A stretch of DNA of 16,483 nucleotides from Promethearchaeota archaeon (GTDB lineage: Archaea; Asgardarchaeota; Lokiarchaeia; Sigyniarchaeales; SOKP01), in assembly GCA_048941015.1 (NCBI GenBank), contig JBHLNZ010000065.1, positions 1 through 16,483 of the forward strand, read 5' to 3'. The notes below the pieces were generated by a model, which was given only the letters and a program-made list of their open reading frames with translations, was not told the origin of the DNA and did no database searches. Numbering within the stretch: the first letter of the stretch is position 1; the number at the start of each line of letters is the position of its first letter. A program made the position numbers and the translations under genes. Positions 7,674 to 15,359 of the stretch are shown here, in pieces.

Positions 7674-9107
7674 ATGAGTGAAACTGAATTAAATGTTGAA
7701 TCAAGACATCGATGGTGGCGTTATGCTTCAAATGGTACATATCAAATAACTGCAACCGTTATTAGTGCCACACAAGCTCTCTATTTATACTTTTATTATA
7801 GACAAGTTATAGGTTTAAATACGGGCCTAATTATTCTAGCTTTATCGATTTTTACTGTTTATGATGCAATTAATGACCCAATAATAGGATTTTTAGTAGA
7901 TCGAAATACTAGGTTAACAAAACGATGGGGTAGGCGCTTCCCATGGATAGTAATCGGAATTATTCCATGGACATTGGCACTTTATCTTATCTTTTCGGCT
8001 CCAACTTTGGATCCTTCAAATCAATTGCCTGTTTTTTTCTGGTTGCTATTCTCATTGGTTATTTTTGATACATTTGGGTCTTTGGTTGGGATTAATGTAA
8101 GTGCTCTTCGACCTGATTTATTTAGAACTGAAGATGAGCGTCGAAAATTAACTTGGTGGTGGACTCCTTTAGATATGGTTGCCCAAGCATTGGGATTTTT
8201 AATTCCGCCTCTATTCTTAGTTGCAGGGAACACTAGGACTAGTTTTGCGTTAATGGGGGCTATGATGGCAGTGATTTGTCTAATAAGCGCTGTATTATTC
8301 TTACCCGGAACAACAGAAGATAAAGTTGTAAAAGACAGATACTTTACAGGTCAATATGAATCTTTCAAATTTTTAACTGGATTTAAAGAAGTCCTGAAAT
8401 CTAAAAGTTTCATGATCTTTTTCATAACACTCACTAGTTTCAATATTACCATTAATTTACTGATGGGTAATGCAGTATTCGTGAACAACTTTCTATTGCG
8501 GTATGCCCCAGGTGATGAATTCATCATATTTGTAATCTTTATGCTAGGTGCTTTTGTTTCATTTCCTTTCTGGATACTATACCTTAAACGAATAAATAAC
8601 AATAAAAAAGTTCTCGTAATGGGTGGTTTAGTTCTTTCTTTTGCTCTTTTCCCTTTAAGCTTTTTCCAAACTGAGATAGATTTATTCATAATGCTATTCA
8701 TTCTCGGAATAGCAATGGGGAGTATGTGGGCATTTTTCTATACTATAATCCAGGCAAGTGTCGTAGATGATTTTGTTGCAAAAACTAGAAAAAATCAAAA
8801 AGGCATTCTTCTTGGAATGTCAACGCTCCTCGGTCGGCTAGTTGCTACTATTGATGAAGGGATATTAGCACTTGTAAATTTGGCTACTGGTTTTCCAGAA
8901 GGAGTAACAACTTATAGTGAATTAGTTACAAAAATTAATCTCTTAGGCGGTAATCTTGGTTTAGCATTATTAGGTTTGAGACTTCTTTTTGGTATTATTC
9001 CAAGTTTGATAATATTAGCTGGTACATTAATCTTTTGGAAATATTTTCCTCTAACTCAAGAAAAAGTCTTAGAAAACAAGAAGATTCTGGAAGAACTTGG
9101 ATTTTAA
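7674..9107 (+). CDS. Glycoside-pentoside-hexuronide (GPH, MelB-like MFS) cation symporter, paralog 1
   Basis: Family signature YDAINDPIIGFLVDRN...RWGRRFPW, plus FRTEDERR, VVDD...QKG and C-terminal FPLT. About 12 hydrophobic segments. Confidence 0.9.
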   Translation: MSETELNVESRHRWWRYASNGTYQITATVISATQALYLYFYYRQVIGLNTGLIILALSIFTVYDAINDPIIGFLVDRNTRLTKRWGRRFPWIVIGIIPWTLALYLIFSAPTLDPSNQLPVFFWLLFSLVIFDTFGSLVGINVSALRPDLFRTEDERRKLTWWWTPLDMVAQALGFLIPPLFLVAGNTRTSFALMGAMMAVICLISAVLFLPGTTEDKVVKDRYFTGQYESFKFLTGFKEVLKSKSFMIFFITLTSFNITINLLMGNAVFVNNFLLRYAPGDEFIIFVIFMLGAFVSFPFWILYLKRINNNKKVLVMGGLVLSFALFPLSFFQTEIDLFIMLFILGIAMGSMWAFFYTIIQASVVDDFVAKTRKNQKGILLGMSTLLGRLVATIDEGILALVNLATGFPEGVTTYSELVTKINLLGGNLGLALLGLRLLFGIIPSLIILAGTLIFWKYFPLTQEKVLENKKILEELGF

Positions 9108-9110
9108 ATA

Positions 9111-9125
9111 TTTTTTATTTTTTTT
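9111..9125 (+). terminator. Oligo-T terminator after GPH transporter 1
   Basis: TTTTTTATTTTTTTT 3 nt after the stop, between convergent genes. Confidence 0.55.
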
Positions 9126-9174
9126 AAATAAATACCTAATCTTGGATCTGAAATATTTATAGGAGTGATATCAG

Positions 9175-10083
9175 TTATTTATTGAAGTATTTATCTTTAA
9201 TATCTGGTACTTTTATTTGAGGAGTATTTTTTTTAATATATTCAAGGGATAATAATGTATCTTGTTTTGGCAATTCAAATACTATTGGCCCTTTAAAATT
9301 ATTAGAATGAATTAACTCTAAAAATTCAGGAGGGAATTTCTTACCTGTACCTAAAGCACTATGATCAGAAATTTTATTGTTTTCATCATAGTCTTGTAGA
9401 TGGATTTCGTTGGTGATATCCAAATAACTTTTTGTAATTTCCATTAAATCACACTCTCCTGAAAATCCTGCTAAGATATGTGCAGTGTCAATGCATAATT
9501 TTGTCTTTAATTCTTTAACTATTTTAAGAGTGGCTTCAAATGGGAATTCTAAATTCTCAATAGCAATTTTATTTCGATCTATTCCAGTTTTCTTAATGAT
9601 TTCTTTAATGCTCTGGATTGAAAAATCGATAAACAGACTTGTTGCCAAAGGATATATCTCTGGATCCATTATAAAATCCATCGCATCTGCAATAAATTCG
9701 CCAGTTGGATGTAAAACAAATACTTCAATATCATCTTTTAATTCTATAAAAGAATTATATGCATCGACTATGGATTTTACACTTCCTTCACGAATAAATT
9801 TATTTGGACTAGCAAGCTCAATAGTTAAGTAAGGAAAATGTGCTGAATAGGTAATATCATATTTTTCTTTAATTTCAATTAACTTTTTAATCTCAGCATC
9901 AATTGTATGAATCGGAAAGATTTGAAATACATCTAAGCTAATCTCACAATGTCTAAAACCTGCTTTAGCAACTCCCTTTACAACATCAGAAAACTGGAAA
10001 TCTGATAACCCTTCTAAACCTTTTTCTTTAAGAACTTCATTAATCATTAGTTCTAGTGTAAATGGGGAAATTCCAAACCTCAT
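9175..10083 (-). CDS. AP-endonuclease-2 / xylose-isomerase-like TIM-barrel metalloenzyme; resembles cobamide-remodelling phosphodiesterase CbiR, alternatively a sugar epimerase/isomerase
   Basis: Metal-ligand motifs TYSAHFP, FVLHP, IAIENLEFPFE, LCIDTAH, EIHLQD, DHSALGTG and IVFE. The fold call is strong. The specific function is tentative. Confidence 0.8.
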   Translation of the reverse strand: MRFGISPFTLELMINEVLKEKGLEGLSDFQFSDVVKGVAKAGFRHCEISLDVFQIFPIHTIDAEIKKLIEIKEKYDITYSAHFPYLTIELASPNKFIREGSVKSIVDAYNSFIELKDDIEVFVLHPTGEFIADAMDFIMDPEIYPLATSLFIDFSIQSIKEIIKKTGIDRNKIAIENLEFPFEATLKIVKELKTKLCIDTAHILAGFSGECDLMEITKSYLDITNEIHLQDYDENNKISDHSALGTGKKFPPEFLELIHSNNFKGPIVFELPKQDTLLSLEYIKKNTPQIKVPDIKDKYFNK

Positions 10084-10109
10084 ACGAAAACGTCAACTTA
10101 TAGTCCTAC

Positions 10110-10119
10110 TTTTATATAA
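10110..10119 (-). promoter_or_regulatory. Candidate TATA box for the TIM-barrel gene in a 109-nt divergent spacer
   Basis: Minus strand reads AAGAAA-TTATATAAAA, ending about 27 nt before ATG 10083. Confidence 0.45.
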
Positions 10120-10192
10120 TTTCTTAAAAGGAACTTAATTTTTAAAGTTTGATTTCTTTTAATATTTAATTTTTCAATAAAAATTATTTATT

Positions 10193-11368
10193 ATGAACTT
10201 ATCAAAAAGAGAACGAGTTATTAGGACATTGGAACTTGATGATAACATAGATATGTTACCCATTCATTATTTGGGTTTCGAAAAAACCAGTATATCATAT
10301 CAAAATTTTCTAAAAACAGAAGAATATAACAAACTATATACTTTCATTGAAAATAATTATTCAAGAGCAAAATATTGCTGGGCTGGAGATATTACCGATT
10401 TACGCTTTTTAAATGTTGATTGCTATTCGATGGATCCTTGGGGTCCGAAAAAGTTCAAAGAAAAAATTAAAAAGGCTCCTCCTGAATATCCTGAATGTTC
10501 AATTAGCACAATTGATGGGAGAATATGGAAGCTTGTCAAGCAAGTTGATACTGGTATAGCTTATTTATGGTATATCGATGGTTACTTTCGAAATCCCGAG
10601 ACAGTACATTATTATTGGAATAAATATGGCAAACCCTCAGAGTTAATTAATGATAAACTTAATTACACACCCCAGATATGGGATGGATATGTAAAAAGCC
10701 TCGAAAAATATGTATATCCAATGGCTTTTGTACCCATTGCTATGCATGAATCATTATTTGAAGGAATGACAATGAGTCGCGTAGCATATTATATGCGTAA
10801 AAATCCTCAATTTATTCATGAACTTATGAATGAATATACTCAAACAAATTTAGAGACTTTAAAACGATTTGCTGAAGCTGGAGTCGACATCGTTTTTTTT
10901 TCTGATGATCTGGGATTTAAAGGGCGCTCAATCTTATCAATTGTCCACTTTAAAGAGTTTATCCTTCCTTATTATAAAAAATTATATCAAGCATGTAAGA
11001 AAAGGGGAATGTTTATTGTTCAACATTCTTGCGGATATATTGATAAAAATCTTCCATATATGGCGGATGCTGGACTTAATTGTATTCAAGCACTTGAACC
11101 TGCAGCGGGTGTTGATTTGGCTAACTTAAAAAATAATCTTGGTGATCATTTATGTTTTATGGGAGGTATTGATTCGAGTCGAATTTTGAATTTTGGAACA
11201 CCTGCTGAGATTGAACAAGAAGTAAAAAGATGCGTTCAAGCAGCTGGTAATAGGGGCGGGTACTTTATAGGCCCTAGCCATAATATTTTAAATGCTCCAT
11301 GGAAAAATCTTATAGCCCTTAAGAGTGCTATTAATAAATTTCGAAAATATCCTATAAATCTCGCTTAG
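10193..11368 (+). CDS. UroD/MetE/MtaA-CmuA superfamily protein, paralog 2
   Basis: SDDLG, HSCG (H278/C280), LEPAAGVDL, LCFMGGID and GGYFIGPSH. Collinear with 6336..7496. Confidence 0.85.
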   Translation: MNLSKRERVIRTLELDDNIDMLPIHYLGFEKTSISYQNFLKTEEYNKLYTFIENNYSRAKYCWAGDITDLRFLNVDCYSMDPWGPKKFKEKIKKAPPEYPECSISTIDGRIWKLVKQVDTGIAYLWYIDGYFRNPETVHYYWNKYGKPSELINDKLNYTPQIWDGYVKSLEKYVYPMAFVPIAMHESLFEGMTMSRVAYYMRKNPQFIHELMNEYTQTNLETLKRFAEAGVDIVFFSDDLGFKGRSILSIVHFKEFILPYYKKLYQACKKRGMFIVQHSCGYIDKNLPYMADAGLNCIQALEPAAGVDLANLKNNLGDHLCFMGGIDSSRILNFGTPAEIEQEVKRCVQAAGNRGGYFIGPSHNILNAPWKNLIALKSAINKFRKYPINLA

Positions 11369-11453
11369 GTTATTTTGATCGAATCTAAATGAACGCATTA
11401 TTAAGGTATTAGAGTATAAAGAACATTATTATGAAATTATCATAGAAAATGTG

Positions 11454-13589
11454 TTATTTTTTAAAAATTCCAATTAAAGGTGATAAAGAGGGAATTTCAA
11501 GTTCGAATTGTATTAGATTTTCAGACATTTGATTTAGATCTAAAGTTTGCAGCTTCTGATTTAATCCATTATATATATCTATACTTTTTACATTTAAATT
11601 ATATCTAATTGGATTAAATTGAATCCTTATTTTTTGATTTCTGCTATTTAGATTATAAGTAGTCAATACTCCTAATTTTTCATTTTCATCAACATGAAGA
11701 TGAATATTTTGACTTATGCCATAAAATGTACCGCGTGTGAAAAATGATTTAAGTTTCTTATAAAGGATCATTGCCTTTTTCAAGGCTTTATATTTTCGAT
11801 CATCTTTATTATTTAATCCGCCAATTCCTAAATGTCTTGCTAAAGAAGCATAAAACCAGAATTGTAGCATATTCAGATTGTCACTATTTTCGTTAATATG
11901 CAAATAGAGTGGAATAGAGTAAGCTAAGTTATATTCAAACAATTGATTAGTTCTACCAGACAATAAATCTTGCATTGGATTCCACATGCATTCAAATCCC
12001 CAATTTTCATCAAAACTATGAGGAAGATTATGCTGAAAATATAAAGGATGTCTTGGCTTTACACCTCTGTCATGAGCTTCTATGAGAATGTGAGGATATT
12101 CTTTCTTCACATTTTGAATTACTCTTAAAATATTTTCTGCATGTGTTTGTCTTCTCATTGGTACTTCATGTCCATGATTTTTGCTAAAACAGCCAATATT
12201 ATCTGCCATAAACATTGAAAAGTCAGTAAAATCAAACATGAAAAAATCAATCCCTTCTTTGGCTAACTCTAAAATTCTCTGGGTTTTTTCTTTAACCCAA
12301 TGTTCATTCGCACATACACAATATAGATTTATATAGGGATCTGCAACTAATTTTACTCCTTTTTTGGATCTTAAATAAAATTCATCAGGTTCATTTTGAC
12401 CTTCAAAATTCATCATGAGATGCAGAGCAAGCTTTAAACCATACTTATTATGAATCGTATTCGAAAAATCTTTAAGGGATCCAAATCGCTTTTCATTCCA
12501 TATTTCAGATCCAAGCCAAATATTCCAACCAGGATCTAAATACAAAGATTCGGCACCAATATCTCGAGCAATAGCAGCTTCATTATATAACTGCTCTAAA
12601 GTATAAACTTCAAATTCGGTACTATCAACAAAGAAACCTGTCTTTTCAGCAACCCAACCTAGATTATATAACTCATTCCAATGAACTGGCGGATTATAAT
12701 CTTCCTTAAATTTATGACCATAGTCCTCAAGATGACTCCTATAAAGATAATATCCCTCTCTATAACCTCCCTCATAAACAGCATACCTTGAAAGCCCAAA
12801 TGAATAACTTTCATGAGGTTCCAACATTGTACCTAACTCTGGATTACCTTCACATAGAGAAACGCCTCCGAATAAAATATATATATCTTCAGCACCCCTT
12901 CCAGGTAATGTGGTCGACATCCGTTGAAATCGAGAATATTCCATCTGAGACTGATTATACTTGCATACAAGTAAGCCTCCTCTCGAATCTCCCCATAGCC
13001 ACCCTTCAGAGCAGAATCCTGGCATCTCTGCTTCTTTGGCAACCCAAGCTCCGAACAAAATATCATTAGCGTTATAATTCTCCTTTCTTCGATCAACTCC
13101 ATATCCAAAATATCTTCGAGTTGGAATGGAGGTTAGAGTAAACTCGTCTAAATGTTCATTCCAACCAAAATATTGCTTAAATAAAGCCTTTTTAAAACCA
13201 AAATTAATTAATCCAAATCTAACTTTTTTATTTCCCTGATTAGTAAGTGTGATCTTTTCATCTAACCACTTACAATTATTTTCAAGTTTGAACTCATGAA
13301 TAATTGAGACGTTAGTATCTTCAAAACTTCCTTCTATAATTAAAGAATCCCTTCCTATCATTCGAATTTCTCTCGATGATAACTCTTTAGCCTTATATTC
13401 TGATCCTAAGTGATCAAGATAAATGTACCGAGAACCTTTTTTACCTGAGGTTAAAATTTTATAATGGTAATCTTCATCAGCATAAACCACATCATCAATT
13501 TTACTGTGAAGGATGTAATGAAACCCTTGATCATCACTGAATTGGATTTTTAATTCCCAAAATTGATTTTCTAAAATATAATTTGGCAT
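11454..13589 (-). CDS. Divergent GH36-like (clan GH-D, alpha-galactosidase-like) glycoside hydrolase
   Basis: N-terminal beta-rich domain, then barrel motifs in GH36 order: PPVHWNELY, ARDIGAESLYLDPGW, KRFGSLKDF, GLKLALHL, GIDFFMFDF and YPHILIEAH, followed by a C-terminal beta domain. No signal peptide is seen. Confidence 0.65.
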   Translation of the reverse strand: MPNYILENQFWELKIQFSDDQGFHYILHSKIDDVVYADEDYHYKILTSGKKGSRYIYLDHLGSEYKAKELSSREIRMIGRDSLIIEGSFEDTNVSIIHEFKLENNCKWLDEKITLTNQGNKKVRFGLINFGFKKALFKQYFGWNEHLDEFTLTSIPTRRYFGYGVDRRKENYNANDILFGAWVAKEAEMPGFCSEGWLWGDSRGGLLVCKYNQSQMEYSRFQRMSTTLPGRGAEDIYILFGGVSLCEGNPELGTMLEPHESYSFGLSRYAVYEGGYREGYYLYRSHLEDYGHKFKEDYNPPVHWNELYNLGWVAEKTGFFVDSTEFEVYTLEQLYNEAAIARDIGAESLYLDPGWNIWLGSEIWNEKRFGSLKDFSNTIHNKYGLKLALHLMMNFEGQNEPDEFYLRSKKGVKLVADPYINLYCVCANEHWVKEKTQRILELAKEGIDFFMFDFTDFSMFMADNIGCFSKNHGHEVPMRRQTHAENILRVIQNVKKEYPHILIEAHDRGVKPRHPLYFQHNLPHSFDENWGFECMWNPMQDLLSGRTNQLFEYNLAYSIPLYLHINENSDNLNMLQFWFYASLARHLGIGGLNNKDDRKYKALKKAMILYKKLKSFFTRGTFYGISQNIHLHVDENEKLGVLTTYNLNSRNQKIRIQFNPIRYNLNVKSIDIYNGLNQKLQTLDLNQMSENLIQFELEIPSLSPLIGIFKK

Positions 13590-13684
13590 TTTCTCTTCAC
13601 AAAAGCTTCTTTAAAATAATAAAAATGTTCATTAATACATAATTTTATTCAGTATTAAAAGATAAATTTAAATTAACTTTTTGT

Positions 13685-13730
13685 ATTTTCTTCTGGCGTG
13701 AAGAAAATTGATTAATGAACCATCAATTTT
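13685..13730. repeat. Two overlapping perfect 9-bp inverted repeats in the divergent GH/GPH intergenic region
   Basis: ATTTTCTTC-N6-GAAGAAAAT (13685-13708) and AAAATTGAT-N9-ATCAATTTT (13704-13730). Confidence 0.5.
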
Positions 13731-13876
13731 ACGTGCTTTTTATCTGATTTGTTAAAATTTCACTCATCATCCTTTTTGAAATAACAATTCATTAAAAAAA
13801 GGGAAATGCTTAAAATAAAAAAAGTTGAATAGTATTAATTAAAAATTTTAAAATAATTTGTTCGAGATGATTTTAA

Positions 13877-15313
13877 GTGAATGAAGAAATAAAATTAGAA
13901 GGAGATACTGAAGCTCAATCAAACAGGCATTCAAAAAAAACATATCTATCTTTTAGTATGTATCAACTCTCATGGACAATCATAGTTTCAACCTACAATT
14001 TATTCTTGTTTTATTATTATCATACCGTAATAGGTCTTGAAGCATGGGTAATCTTTCTTGCTACTGTATTTACAACTATATGGGCCTCTCTTAATGATCC
14101 CCTAATTGGATATATAACTGATAGAAATTTTAAGTGGACTAGGAGATGGGGAAGGCGCTTTCCATGGATTGTTCTAGGTGCATTACCATTTTGTTTTTCA
14201 ATAATTCTAATTTTTTCAGCTCCAGACGCTAGTATAAATCCATGGCCTGCGTTCTTTTGGTTTATTTTCTCCCAATTTATATTTGAACTCTTTATAACTC
14301 TTGCTGATGTAAATATAGGTATGCTTCGAGTCGATAAATTTCGTACAGAGAAAGAGCGTAGGATATACTCGGGTTATTTCGGCCCATTGGATATGATAGC
14401 ACAAGTATTTGGTATGACTATTCCTCCTTTGTTAATTATTCCTGCTCTAGGATCTTCTTCATATACATTAATGGCAATACTAGTTGCTGTTATTGCTTTT
14501 ATTTTCACATTACTTTTTATCCCAAGTGCTCGAGAAGATAAAATAATCATAGATAGATATTTTTCTAGAGATTATGAAAGAATCTCCTTTTTTAAAGGTT
14601 TAGGAGCAGTGCTGAAACAAAAAAGCTTTTTAGGATTTTGGATTATATATTCTACTTTTCTAATAGCAACAACAATAATGACAGCTATGATTCCATATTT
14701 AGCCACGTTCCTATTACAAGTTGGACCTGATATTATAACGGTTTTATTTGCTATTTTCCTTACAGGAGCTTTAATTTCAGTCCCTATATGGCTAAAATTA
14801 CTTAAGAGATTCAATAATAATAAAAAGGTTTATACAATGGGAGGATTTATTTTATCCGGTACTCTTATACCAGTAAGTTTATTTGTAGGCATTATCGATG
14901 TTGCTATCTATATGTTTATCATTGGTTTCGCTATGGGTAGCATATGGGCTATAGGGATACCTGTTATACAAGCAAATGTCCAAGATGATTTTGTAGTCCG
15001 TACAGGAAAAAATCAAAAAGGAGTGCTAGTGGGTGTCGGGGCCTTACTTTCAATTTTCACTGCTTTCATTGATGAATTGGTTATAGCAATCGTATACGGT
15101 ATTACTGGATTTCATGGAGGGATAAAAGATTATGCAGAATTAGTAGCAACTGTAGCGAACGTAGATTTAGTTCTCTGGGGTATTCGCTTCCTACTAGGTA
15201 TTATTCCTATGTTGATAATGCTAATAGGAACCATCATATTTTGGAGAATATACCCTCTCACACAAGATAAAGTTTTAGCGAATAAAGCTATGCTAAAAGA
15301 ACTTGGCTTTTAA
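13877..15313 (+). CDS. GPH (MelB-like MFS) cation symporter, paralog 2
   Basis: GTG start with upstream GAGATGA. Motifs WASLNDPLIGYITDRN...RWGRRFPW, FRTEKERR, QDDFV...KNQKG and YPLTQDKVL...ELGF. Collinear with 7674..9107. Confidence 0.9.
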   Translation: MNEEIKLEGDTEAQSNRHSKKTYLSFSMYQLSWTIIVSTYNLFLFYYYHTVIGLEAWVIFLATVFTTIWASLNDPLIGYITDRNFKWTRRWGRRFPWIVLGALPFCFSIILIFSAPDASINPWPAFFWFIFSQFIFELFITLADVNIGMLRVDKFRTEKERRIYSGYFGPLDMIAQVFGMTIPPLLIIPALGSSSYTLMAILVAVIAFIFTLLFIPSAREDKIIIDRYFSRDYERISFFKGLGAVLKQKSFLGFWIIYSTFLIATTIMTAMIPYLATFLLQVGPDIITVLFAIFLTGALISVPIWLKLLKRFNNNKKVYTMGGFILSGTLIPVSLFVGIIDVAIYMFIIGFAMGSIWAIGIPVIQANVQDDFVVRTGKNQKGVLVGVGALLSIFTAFIDELVIAIVYGITGFHGGIKDYAELVATVANVDLVLWGIRFLLGIIPMLIMLIGTIIFWRIYPLTQDKVLANKAMLKELGF

Positions 15314-15318
15314 ATCTA

Positions 15319-15326
15319 TTTTTTTT
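15319..15326 (+). terminator. Oligo-T terminator after GPH transporter 2
   Basis: T8 run 5 nt after the stop, in the same position as in paralog 1. Confidence 0.5.
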
Positions 15327-15359
15327 AATTTATTAAAAATGAAGCATTTTACTCAAGAT

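Noticed and set aside
9175-10083. Endonuclease IV (nfo) DNA-repair call
   Set aside because: It shares the fold and metal ligands, but Nfo-specific motifs such as HAPYxINL and ENTAG are absent and the context is metabolic.
438-14814. Short ORFs in the track: 438..644, 3292..3564, 4596..4814, 5290..5484, 5935..6207, 7118..7330, 8021..8233, 8351..8701, 9485..9832, 10869..11129, 12788..13069, 12833..13108, 14216..14404, 14572..14814
   Set aside because: All lie wholly within longer, motif-supported genes, antisense or out of frame, and have no recognisable motifs. They are treated as shadow ORFs.
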